A stretch of 64,000 nt of DNA from positions 31,000,001 to 31,064,000 of the forward strand of contig OX638155.1 of NCBI GenBank assembly GCA_951804945.1, in the 5' to 3' direction. The notes under the pieces were generated by a model. That model had not been told where the DNA came from, ran no database searches, and was given only the letters and a program-made list of their open reading frames with translations. Position numbers and translations under genes: made by a program. Positions within the stretch are counted from its first letter, which is position 1. Each line of letters begins with the position of its first letter. Of the stretch, positions 47,901-58,435 are shown one piece after another. Origin of the DNA: Podarcis cretensis (lineage: Eukaryota).

Positions 47901-50900
47901 CCACCTTTCAAAGTAAGATTTTCCTGCATTCCTCAGGGATAGTCCTCTCCTGTCTACACAGGCTCCTTTCCCTCTCCTTTCCCCATCCCTCAGCATTCAG
48001 AACATGCACTTTACAAACGGGGGACTGATTTCATTCCAGTGAAATTTGCTAACTTGCTAAATTTGCTAAACTTGCTTTTAAAAAGGCAAGTGGCCTTTTA
48101 AAAAACATACTTTTATAGAATATCCTAGTCTTCAAATAGAATTCATTACATCTCCCCAGAATGTGACCATGTGCAGTCACACTTGTCTTGTGTGTAGTCA
48201 CACCCTGTGTATAAATTACATTATCTTAATAGAATATTTTTAATTCTTTCAATAACATTTTACATACACCTCTATTCACTTTATGTTAATGGTGCTGATA
48301 CCATCTTCAAATTTACTGAGGTAAATAAATTTATCATCTTGCCAAATTACTCTGTGCTTCTTATTTCCTAACCTGAACTCATCAGTAATCTGTGGTCTAG
48401 AATGAGTTATTATAACACCAGTTATGGTGGTGAAGAGAAGTCACAGTATTGGGAAATGAGAATGATTATTTTTCTAACCCAAAAAAATTTTTTTTGCATA
48501 AAAATTAAGACTTGACCCTGCAGCATTTCTCTATATAAAAAAGGTTATGTTGGGTTTGTATCACATTTGGTGTTTTATGTTATTTTCAGGTTTTGGAACT
48601 GCTGCTGCTTCTACAGTCCCATCTACTACTTCCTTCAAATTTGGTATTCAGTCATCACCGTCAGAGCTGCCTCAGACACTGGGAAATGCAGAAAAAAGTT
48701 TCAAATTTGGAGAGCAAACAGGATTCAAATTTGGTATTACATCAGAGCTGGGATCATCAACAAACACAATGACTGGAGGCTTTAAATTCTCGAAAACAGA
48801 AGGGTCCAAACTGGGAAGCTTTCCTTCAGAATCTGAATCGGAGGACAGTGTGAAAGATGGCAAGAGCAATAGTAGTTTCAACTTTGGTCTTCCCCCTGGG
48901 GCTAAAAGTACACCTTCTACATCATTTCAGTTTGGAATAGCTAACCTTGGACAGCAAGAGAAGAAAGAGGGACTTAGCAAGCCGGCTGGAGGAGGCTTTA
49001 CTTTCGGCACAGGTTCCACAGCCTCTGCAGCTGCACCTGAGAGTAAAACTGGAATAAGCGGTTTCAAATTTGGTAATACAGAGGAAAAGGAAACTTCAGT
49101 CACTCCCTTCTCCTTTAAGAAAGTGGAGGAGAAAAAAGATGAAAACCCTTCCACAAAAGGTGGCTTTACTTTTGGTAATGTAGAATCCGTGCCCACCCCG
49201 CAGCTTGTTTTGGGAAGGACAGATGAAAAACCGGACACTGTTGCCCCTTCCTATCCATCAGTGTTTGGAAAGAAAGCAGAAAATGAAGAGTCAAAGGCAC
49301 AACCCATGTTTCCATTTACGAAGGCAGAGCAAACCAAAGATGACAGCACAGCAAAATCTGGATTTAGTTTCAACCTAGCAAAACCAGCAGAGAAAGAATC
49401 TGAACAACAAGCAAAGCCCGCTTTTATGTTTGGAGCACAAGCAAGCACTGCAGGTAGGTACAAAAATTCCTTATAATTTATCCCATCATGTTGTGAAACG
49501 GATTTTTTTGGACAGGTGATTTAAGAAACTAAACTATGAAGAGACCCTAAGAGCAATGATAGAAGCTTGTAATATTATCTCTGTTGTTGTCCTTTTGCTT
49601 CGGAAATATACTGTTAATGAACACCACTTGCTGAAAGCCTATAGAAGTGTTTTATTTTGAAATAGCTTAAGGCAGGGGTCAGCAAACTTTTTCAGCAGGG
49701 GGCCGGTCCACTGTCCCTCAGGCCTTATGGGGGGGCCAGACTATTTTTTTGGGGGGGGGATGACGACGACAAATTCCTATGCTCCACAAATAACCCAGAG
49801 ATGCATTTTAAATAAAATGACACATTCTACTCATGTAAAAACACACTGATTCCCAGACCGTCCGTGGGCTGGATTTAGAAGGCAATTGGGCCGGCTCCGG
49901 CTCCTGGGCCTTAGTTTGCCTACCCATGGTTTAAGGCCTACAGTGGGAAACTAGCCATACAAATAAGGTACACAGTTCCTGTAGGCCTGTAATCTCTCGA
50001 TAAAGCTCAGTGCAAGCTCAGGCAACCTGCCCGTAGATAGGGTGCAAATATGATGCTTTGTAACAACCCATTTGATCTTCTAAATTGGAGTCTTACAAAC
50101 ATTTATGAATTCTGACAGCAAACCTAATTAAGAGACAAACTGAGTTTATTTTAGAAGAGTTGGTAGAGGAGACTATTATTTACACTTAAATATTTTAAGT
50201 GAATATTGTAGATGTTCTTTTGCTATGGAATAGCAGCCATTTCTGATTTTAAATCCTTAAGATTGTGCATAGGTCATTTAATTGCGAGCTTTTGGAAACT
50301 GCTGTCACCATTAGGTTTGGGATTCTGTTCAGTTGAATGACTTATTACCAGGCTGTAGGTCTTTACAGTGGCTGATTATAAAACATTAAACAAAAATGTA
50401 TTTGTGGGTACTTCAGTTTCCAGGGTGAATATCAAATAAATCATGACAAATTTTGTGGGATGCCGTAGGGGTCCCAAATAACCAAGAAGAACTCTTCAAG
50501 CTTTTGAACATATTTGGCACATGTTTAATGTGCATAACGTAGTTAGCTATAAATAACTGTTTGCAATACTTAAGGATTTAATTTTCATCAGTTAATTAAA
50601 TTTTGTCCTTGGCATCAGTATCTCTTATAGCTTTTCTAAATTAATGCTTTAAATGCTTGACTATTAAGTTCACTGAGTTGGGGGTTTTTTTACTGGTCAA
50701 ATAGCCAATACTAAACAACAGCTCTTAAAGAAAGCAGTGCTTTCAGAGTAGGAAATTGGAACAGGAATCATACTTTGAAAAAATGAATACATTAATTGAA
50801 CAAAAATTGTACGTAACAAACTTTGCACATGGATAATTGTGAATGAATGATTTCACAGCAGCTGGGGAAAAATTACAATCAGGGAAATAACCACAGAACA

Positions 50901-53900
50901 TCAGGGTATTATAATTACTGTTTTATTATTTATTACAAGGGGAGAGAGATAGCATGGAGCAAGAGAACGAAGACACAAAGTTCAGTAACAAATTATGATA
51001 GATGCAAGATTGAAAAGGAAGCCCATATTAGAAATTGGACATGGGAATCATATGGTCAAAGCAGTGGGCATAACATCAAATGAACAGAAGAATTGAGAAC
51101 AACGATTCTTAAGATGGAGGAGCAGGAAGACGGGAATATAAAACATTACACTGATTGAGTCTGGAATAAGGAAATGTAAAAGTGTCCCCATTATAGAAAG
51201 AGACTAGTGATCTTAGAGTTAAGAAGAAAAAACTGGATTTGAAGACAAGGGAATTATATGGAAAAAATAATCCAAGCAAATGTAAGGAAAGGGAAAAATA
51301 ATTTCGTGAAAGAAGAATTGAGAAAGAACAGACAGGAGGCAAAACCAGTGGACTAAAGAGTTTTACTAAATTAAAACAAAATATAAAGGAGAGGGAGAAA
51401 AGTAAAGACTATTGAGGAAAATAATGACATTAGTTTAAAAAAAAAAACCCTATTCATGCTTTTTAACCAAGATCAGACAAAACAATGGAAACAGAAAAGA
51501 ATATAATATTGGAAGGAGGTGGAGGAGATCCTGGGATATAAAAATAAGATACTGTACTTCACATTTATGTAGCTGCCACTGAGTATTCAACGCATTTTGC
51601 ATACATAATTTGAAATTTGAGTGCTCCCCCCCCCCCAGTAAAAGCAATGAAAATGGAATGTAGGCTGAACAAGTCAAAAGCAGTACTAGTAGAGGAAAGA
51701 GAATGCAAGCACCGCCCACTGAAGAATTTTGGAAACATGCTGAAGGAGAAAAATAGAATGATATAGGAAATGGGAGAGTTGAGAGGAAGGTTTTTTGGAA
51801 GTAATGAGAGTATGTCCAAGAGAACAGTATGTGAAGATGAAGAGAAGATCAACATAGGAGCTAAACACAGAGGAGCTATAGGAGAAGCATAAAGAAGAAA
51901 TAGAGTGAAGAGTGAAAAGAGGCTGGTTGGAAAAATGTTTACCAACATAGGCCAGGGTTTATTCAAGGTGAAAAGGAGAAGGAATATCAGACCAAGAAGA
52001 CAAACTTGACACCCTCTGCAGTTCTGCCACTGTTGCATTGTCATTTGCATGTGGTTGGTAGAGCAACTGCAAGGTTCAATCAAGGCCTTGCTATTTAGAT
52101 CATTTTCTGGCACACAAACACATCTATGTCAACCCTGTTTTCATGTCACCTGACATCAGGATATCTTATTGCAAAGTGGGTGGCAATTGATCAGCCTGGT
52201 GTAGCAGTCCTATGCCTTGGTGCAAGCATGGTGCTGACCCATTTCAGGCAATATTGGTTTAAATTATCTATGGTTTATCAGAAGGAGCATTGTGCTTGCA
52301 CATCCCATCCTCTTTATGGGGTGTTAAAACAATAATTTCCTGTAACATCTCAACTGAGAAATTGTGACCTCATCTCCCAACTACAAACCAGGTTTTGAAA
52401 ATTCAAGTTTGATATTTGCTTTTTATTTAACTTTATTTAACACTTATTTTTAATTAATTAAATCATACTTTCCTGGTGCAAATATAATGGGCAACTGTTT
52501 GTGATTTAGTTTTGGGTTATGGCTCATTAGAGAAGAAACCATGTTGAGCACCGTGCTTGTCCCAAGTTCAGTAAATCATGATTTATTAGACAGCAGTTGT
52601 CATACCTGAAATGACTGGCCATTGTGTCTCATAACTGTGATGCCATTAGTGCAAAACATGGTATAGCTTTTGTAGGATTCTTAGTTGAATTTTCTCATGG
52701 ACATTTCCACATACAATTCCTGAAATACTTTACGGCATCTAAAATTTAGCTTTCTACTTCTCAGCCAGTAAATAGAAGGGGAAGTTGTCCAGTTAAGATC
52801 CAGAGTTAGTTTTACAACTGTTGAGGAAGGGATAAAAGACAGGATTCAAGATGATGATGAACTGAGCCAAAGCTAACAAAATGAATTTGAAAGATAAATG
52901 TAAAGATCTGTGTTTATCTAGACTTGTAGATAGTAAGCCTGAGGTCCGAGACTGTTGTCATTTTGGTAACACTCACCTGATCTACTATGTACAGTTCTGG
53001 GCACCACACTGCTCTGCATTCTACTGAAATTTGAGTTAGTCCAGAGGAGGGCAACAAAGATGGTGAGGGGCTTGGGAACCAGGTCCCATGAGGAAAGGTT
53101 GAAGGAGATGTTTGTGTTTACCCGGGGGAAGATATGGTTAAGAGGTGATATTGATATTGATATTGATATTGATAGCCATCTTCAAATACAGTGGTACCTC
53201 GGGTTACAAACACTTCAGGTTACAGACTCCGCTAACCCGGAAGTAGTACCTTGAGTTAAGAACTTTGCCCCAGGATAAGAACAGAAATCGCGTGGTGGCG
53301 GCAGCAGGAGGCCCCATTGGCTAAAGTGGTACCTCAGGTTAAAACAGTTTCAGGTTAAGAACAGACCTCTGGAACAAATTAAGTTTGTAACCAGAGGTAC
53401 CACTGTATTTGAAAGCTATCACACAGATGATGGAGCAAATTTGTTTTCTGTTACTCCATGGGGTAGACCCTAATCCAATAAAGTGCAAATTACAAAAACC
53501 TAAATTTCAGCTAAACATTTCTGACAATATAAGCTGTTTGGCAGTGAAACAAACTGCTATTGGACTTTGCTTCATCAGAGACATTTAAAAAGAGGCTGGG
53601 TGGTTACCTATCAGAGATGTCATAGTAGTGGGTTTCCTGCACTGGATCTTTGATATACAAGCCAACACAGATTCTGTGATCTAGCTTTACTCTGTATCTT
53701 CATTTATTTCTAAAACAACGTTAATCCCTTTCACTTTCAGATCCAGGATCAGCAAAGTCTACATTCAGCTTCCTGAGCTCTAGTTCCTCCAACACTGCTG
53801 TGCAAAGTGTTACTGCTGCTGGTGGTGCTGGTGGCGGCGGCAGTGGCGTGTTCAGCAGCACCACCTCTTCCTCAAATCCTGCCCCACCAAGCTTTTTGTT

Positions 53901-56900
53901 TGGACAGGCCAGCAACACTGTGAGCAGCTCTGCTTTTGGTAATCCCTCTGACTCCAGTACAACCCAGTCCTTTGGGTTCTCCCAAGAGAGCAAGCCACCA
54001 ACAACCACTTCCAATACAAGTGCTCCTGCTCCATTTCTTTTCGGTACAGCAGCCACCACTAACAGTGCAGCCAACACTGGCTTCAGTTTTGCAGCAGCCA
54101 CCACAACAGCAGGTCCTGCAGGTATGCTCAGAACTTGGAAGAGATTTGGTTTGTGGCTATCTATTGAGGGATTTGTTTTCCAGAAACTTGGCTGTAGAAC
54201 AGTATACAGAGAGCTTTGAAAAAGATTGACTTGGCAAACTTATCCGTGCTATGGCAGTTACGTTCCATAACAAATTCAATAGATTCATGGTCAAGTTGAA
54301 TGATACTTATATAATGTTCTTCCTAAGTGGGGGGGGGGGGGGGGACCAGCTTTTCTAAAGCTACCCAGTGTGGTGTTGGCTGAGCTGACATTGAACCAGG
54401 ATTGCACAGCTCATAATCGTAACTAGCAGTGCTACACTAGCTACATACATTCCATTGATGGGCTCTGTGTGCATTAAATACTGCTGTAATACGTTTTAAT
54501 GTAGCAGTGTGAATGTTCAAAACAACGCTTTCCTCTGCACTCACTGGAAGTCTTCTTCCTACTGCTACTTTGCCTTCAGCTGTCTCTTGATGCCTTCTGT
54601 TTTCCCTTTGTCAGTGTGCCTACTTTCCCTTCAATTATTGCCACCATTGTTGTTTCCTGTTGCAAAAATGGAGTGCAGTGTTACAGTGGCAACATGTATG
54701 TGCATTAGTTTTAGGCAGTTCAGTAGAAACTGCTTTCATCCCTAGCAGTGGATTGACCTGGTGATAAGCTTCGTATATACCCATTTTAAACTGGGTAGGA
54801 GTTTACTCTGAGGCATGGTCACATGCACTTTCGGTAGGGATGCAGGAATTAGCAATGCAAATCCACTTGTAGTCAGAGATAAAAGAGCAGGTAGAGTTAT
54901 TGAACATTTCAGGCAGTTTAACATTAAAGATCAGCTGAAATAAACTGTTAAATAAGCAAAAGCCTATATACCCCAGAGTAGAATCTAAAGAGTTAGATTC
55001 TTAACCACCGAGAGCAGTTCTCAAGTTTATTCTGCTCACTTGTTTTTCTAGGTTCATCCTCTTCGTTTGTGTTTGGTTCTGGGTCTTCAGCTCCTGCAAC
55101 TGGTCCTGCATTTGGTGCCAGTCAAACACCAACATTTGGTCAAAGTCAAGGCTCCAGCCAGCCCCCTGCTCCAACCTTTGGATCACTCTCCTCCTCATTA
55201 TTTTCTACTGGTGCTCAGCCTGCACCTCCAGCTTTTGGCTCTGTGTCAAGCAGTACACAGCCTCCTGTCTTTGGACAACAAGCTACCCAACCGCCTAGTT
55301 TTGGCTCTAGTACAGCTCCTAATTCTGGTAAGTGCAAGCTCTAGAGGTCTTGTGTTGTAGGCTGGTGGTGTTGCTAAGGCAGAGCTATGTTTAGGTTGTT
55401 CCATCCTAAATTTTCAGTCTTTGCATGCTAATCTATGCTAGCATCATGAGTGCCACTTTAAAATACTTCTTTAATCAAATTCTGTTTGCAAATTAACTAC
55501 TGATTTGAAAAGTTGAGTAGTATTGATATAATACTAGGAACAGAAAATGATCTAGATGTGCTTCAAGTGATATGTTCTTACCTCAATATAGTGTGCATGG
55601 AAGGTCAAGTCAAATGTCAAAACATCTGTACATGGAGCACAAGTGATTTCTTGGTTTGAGAATCCCTTATACACAGACACATTCTTTGTGCAAATGGCAT
55701 AGAATTTATAAATGATAAGTTCCTCTTAACTCTGTGCTCAGAATTTTTTGTTTTGCATTGATAAAATTACACCTCAGTGGGATACTGAACACAGGAGTGT
55801 AAAATGTTTACGTGGAGACAGATAAACATTATTGTCAAAAACACACAATGTATTTTGAAAGATCTAGTTCAGGGGTCAGCAACCTTTTTCAGCTGTGGGC
55901 TGGTCCATCGTCCCTCAGACCATGTGGTGGGGCGGGCTATATTTTGGTAAAAAACAACAACAAATTCCTATGCCCCACAAATAACCCAGAGGTGCATTTT
56001 AAATAAAACGACACATTCTACTCATGTAAAAACTTGCTGATTCCCAGACCGTCCGCTGGCCGGATTAAGAAGGTGATTGGGCCGCATCTGGCCCCTGGGC
56101 CCTAGGTTGCCTACCCAATCTAGCTGCTTTTTTTCCAAGAATTTGCTTTGTATGATACATCTGCTTTATTGGAATATTTTTCCTCTGAAGATCCATGGCT
56201 TTGTACATACTTTATGAATCATTTCAGCCAAAATATAATCCAAAGAGCTAATGCTTAGGATATATGCTATCTAATGTACTGTGTAACACACAGCAGAGAA
56301 AGTTAGCCAGAAACAAAAACTATATTAGCTGTGCCAGTGGATTTGGACATGGTAAAGTGGATTATTTTCTTTTTTGTATTAGAAACTGCTTTTGAAGTTC
56401 GCATTGGTTTCAGACGAGTTTTGCCATGTAGCATTGGAAAGTCTTGTTAAATAAATGTGTGTGCTCTTGCACATGCTTTTTTTTTTTTTTTTTTTTTACA
56501 TCTAGCTCTGTGGAATCCAGAATATCTTATCGGTGCACTCCAGCAATGCAGTAGTTGCTTTGTGAACTGCTATATTTGCATTCTCCTCCTTTGTAATCAC
56601 CTATTCAGTGCTTCTTAAGAAATTAAAGTTCCCCATAGACAAATAATTGCGAAACAATGCTTTTCATCCAAGAGGCTAAGTCTCAGTATCTCGCTCTCTT
56701 AGGCCCGGTGTTCCAGTTCGGAAGTAGTACTAATTTCAACTTTACAGGCAACAGCCCAGGAGTATTTACCTTTGGTGCAGCTTCTGGTGCTCCAGCACAG
56801 CCTGCAGGTGGCTCTTCGGGATTTTCATTCACCCAGCCTTCATCATTTAACCCAGGGTAAGAAGAGGTTAAGACTTTGCATGATAGTGTGGCAGGGTCTA

Positions 56901-57449
56901 TATATATTGAAGGTGCGATCTCCTAGTGCTTCCATGCACATGTTGTAATGTAAGGGAATCATTTTCAGGTACATCTATGGGAATTCCACACTATTGAATA
57001 ACAGTGCCAGGGTGGGGGGCAGGATGAACTTTGCATTAATTGAATCTGCTGTAAATTTAAATTTCACTCTAACTGTGGCTATTGGAAATGAATATTTAAA
57101 GCTGATGGCATTAAGTCTTTCAAATCAATTATACGCCTGCAGCTATCCTTGAAACAAAAGTTTAGATTACAACTCCTTAACTGAGTGATGTAATCTCTAA
57201 AAAATGATGTATTTAGTAAATGATCTATGGGAAACTCACTCAAGTGCCTGGTTTTTTTTACAGTGGATTTTTTTCCATTTTTGTTCCACAATATTAGAAA
57301 CTTTAAGACATATGACTATCACTTTTAAGTTCCTCATGTTTAATTCTTTTCCTCCCTAAAGCAGGAATAATGGGAAAAATATATTCTCCACATCTGGATC
57401 TTCGCTGCCTGTTCGGAAGATAAAGACAGCTGTTAGACGTAGAAAATAA
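14788..57449 (+). CDS. NUP153: Nuclear pore complex protein Nup153, complete, 22 coding exons, about 1477 aa
   Basis: Exons, all GT-AG and phase-consistent, total 4434 nt: 14788-14949, 26534-26747, 29142-29390, 30240-30379, 30460-30588, 31904-32020, 32153-32188, 32273-32326, 35802-35948, 37943-37995, 38703-38829, 39818-39958, 41072-41164, 41351-41441, 41831-41935, 42847-43467, 45339-45533, 48590-49453, 53741-54121, 55052-55327, 56703-56856, 57365-57449. Diagnostic motifs: GGKIRTRR, VKSIVPAWLQRYF, SQHDDDNISTTSGFSSRASDK, ARRILQSLEKMSSP, four RanBP2-type zinc fingers, FxFG repeats, and the RKIKTAVRRRK* end. Confidence 0.97.
18286..18939. mobile_element. Old hAT element with nested Mariner-type MITE (about 18646-18862) and CR1/SINE tail (about 18540-18575)
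   Basis: TAGGGCTG ... CAGCCCTA ends with decayed TSD CTGGATAT/TTAGATAT. The inner TACAG... element has a partial second copy at 19483-19600. Confidence 0.6.
24349..24695. mobile_element. Tc1/Mariner (Tigger-like) MITE
   Basis: TIR CAGTGGTGCCTCGCAAGACGAA / TTCGTCTTGCGGGGCACCACTG with TA flanks and internal TAGCGG repeats. Confidence 0.9.
24750..25000 (+). mobile_element. Decayed L2-type LINE fragment
   Basis: DCGHVLYRELFLKTLQKLLLFQNAA resembles the L2 ORF2 motif LDYCNALY.GLP.K...KLQLVQNAA. Confidence 0.55.
25640..25944. mobile_element. hAT MITE (empty relative of the SPR-carrying element)
   Basis: CAGGGGTCAGCAACC ... GGTTGCCTACCCCTG with TSD GTCTACAA/CTCTACAA. Confidence 0.9.
26927..27874. 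mobile_element. Old hAT element interrupted by an L1
   Basis: CAGGGGTAGGGAAC ... TTGCCCACCCTA with TSD TTCTGGTG/CTCTGGTG. Confidence 0.7.
27277..27805 (+). mobile_element. L1-clade LINE 3' fragment
   Basis: ORF ATAAARVLIATYWKKDKLPT...LTEYAEL (ORF2 C-terminus), an A-rich tail, and a 17-bp TSD AAGATCAGAAATAATGG / AAGATCATAAATAATGG. Confidence 0.85.
31319..31455. mobile_element. Palindromic hAT MITE
   Basis: CAGGCTTCCTCA...TGAGGAAGCCTG, near-complete foldback, perfect 8-bp TSD GTTTAGTG. Confidence 0.9.
32973..33016. repeat. 10-bp tandem repeat (AACACTAGCT), about 4 copies
   Basis: Read directly. Confidence 0.9.
33586..33926. mobile_element. hAT-type MITE containing a (TA)n microsatellite (33662-33700)
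   Basis: CAGTGGTTCTCAAAC ... TTTAAGAACCACAG ends. Confidence 0.65.
34624..34821. mobile_element. Tc1/Mariner MITE (same family as 53189-53405)
   Basis: GGTACCTCGGGTTACA...GTAACCGGAGGTAATACTG|TA, with internal sequence similar to the copy at 53189. Confidence 0.85.
34910..34993. mobile_element. Internally deleted hAT MITE
   Basis: CAGGGTTTTTCAAA / TTTGAGAAACCCTG with perfect TSD CCTTACAG. Confidence 0.85.
36071..36307. mobile_element. Penelope-like element remnant forming a long inverted repeat
   Basis: Arms of about 90 bp (36071-36161 versus about 36184-36274) are near-perfect reverse complements, flanked by the 12-bp direct repeat ACACTTCCTTAT. Confidence 0.8.
36175..36214 (+). ncRNA. Minimal type I hammerhead ribozyme motif (Penelope-associated)
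   Basis: GGTAT-CTGAAGA-A-GTGTG(CATG)CACAC-GAAA-GCTC-ATACC: 5-bp helix I, conserved core, 5-bp helix II, predicted cleavage after C36209. Confidence 0.72.
38140..38375. mobile_element. Older decayed Penelope-like remnant
   Basis: GGGTAGCTGTGTTAG...AAGAGTCTTGTGGCACCTTGAAGACTA with a partial inverted copy TTCAAGTGCCGCAATACTCTT. The ribozyme core is deleted. Confidence 0.5.
38854..38903. repeat. Compound (TG)n(AG)n microsatellite just 3' of NUP153 exon 11
   Basis: Read directly. Confidence 0.95.
42847..45533 (+). CDS. NUP153: NUP153 exons 16-17: four RanBP2-type zinc fingers
   Basis: W-x-C-x2-C-x3-N-x6-C-x2-C four times (WQCDTC, WDCDTC, WECSVC, WDCETC). Confidence 0.97.
46108..46770 (-). mobile_element. 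L1-clade LINE 3' fragment A
   Basis: CWKCKEKEGTFYHMWWDC (CCHC knuckle)...ATMAARVLIAQGWK, with a poly-A tail read as a T-run at about 46108. Confidence 0.9.
46774..47520 (-). mobile_element. L1-clade LINE 3' fragment B (related subfamily, abutting A)
   Basis: MKMMYRWYIT...CWRCKEKEGTFYHLWWEC and KLMEYAELAKLT. It has its own tail at about 46774-46800. Confidence 0.9.
49673..49928. mobile_element. hAT MITE
   Basis: CAGGGGTCAGCAAAC ... TTTGCCTACCCATG with TSD GCTTAAGG/GTTTAAGG. Confidence 0.9.
52800..53680 (+). mobile_element. Decayed CR1 LINE with nested Mariner MITE
   Basis: CAGTTCTGGGCACCAC, GTCCAGAGGAGGGCAACAAAGATGG and GAGGAAAGGTTGAAGGAG match the CR1 at 3022-3486. (GATATT)n expansion at 53146-53173. 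Confidence 0.8.
53189..53405. mobile_element. Tc1/Mariner MITE
   Basis: TA|CAGTGGTACCTC ... GAGGTACCACTG|TA. Confidence 0.92.
55870..56117. mobile_element. hAT MITE
   Basis: CAGGGGTCAGCAACC ... GGTTGCCTACCCA with TSD ATCTAGTT/ATCTAGCT. Confidence 0.88.
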
Positions 57450-58429
57450 AATATTAATGATTGTTACAGACAGCAGTTTTCTTACCCACAGCTGGTTGCC
57501 CTGCATTGTTCAATTACTGAATTGTACCTCATGCTGGGTTTAGCTGAAGCCAGGTCTGCCTAAACTCTGCTCGCTTTTTCCCCTCCCCATTTAGGTTTTT
57601 AAAATAATTAAGAGTTGGTGGCAGGGAGGATCTTAAGCAAAACTATTTTAGAATCCAAGAGTTTTCACTGACTTGGCATGGTCTGGCTATAGATATAAAT
57701 ATAGCCTGCACAGTGAATGGCTTCGTATAATACCTCTGTTTGCACCACTTTGTGCGCTCATCTGCGTTTACTGACACCTTGAAATTGTAATTATATCAGA
57801 GGGGAGTCTGTATAGAGTAGAGAATGTGGATAATGAGTGGTTTCTATGCGGAGTTTGTGCTGATGTATGTGTGAAGTGAGCGAGTTGCGTGTATTGTGCA
57901 CTAAAATTTTCTGATAGAGGAAGAATGATTAAAGAATGGTCCATGCTAAGGACTAGTTAGATCAGTAGTACTTCATTCAATAATTAGATGCTCTTTCTAT
58001 TTTCATTCTTACTCCTTATCACCTGTCTCGCTTTTTCAATATTTTATTATGAAACAAATGTGTAAATACAATTCAGTTTCTCAATGTACTTTGACATAAC
58101 AGATCTGTGAACTTGAAATTTTAATTTTGTGTGTTACAGCAAATTTTTGTTTAGTATTGTCTCAGATTTTATTATGTAAATCTCATTATTCAAAGTTGCC
58201 TAAATCCATTAAAGACCTTTAAAATTGGGAATTCTTAAAGTGAGTTTATTGGCTTTTCTGATCCATTTTTGTTTGGACCAAAAACCAGTATTGTACAAAG
58301 TGTTAAGTATATATTTTTATATTTACGGAAATGGACTCTGGTGACTTTGGATAATAAGGAAAAGTTTAATATTAAAGCCATGTTTATTACAGTATAATTA
58401 ACATGTTAAACCATGGGATAAATGCCATC

Positions 58430-58435
58430 AATAAA
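58430..58435 (+). terminator. Probable NUP153 polyadenylation signal
   Basis: AATAAA about 1 kb after the stop, at the end of an AU-rich UTR, followed by the GT-rich ATGTTTGTGGTG. Confidence 0.65.
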
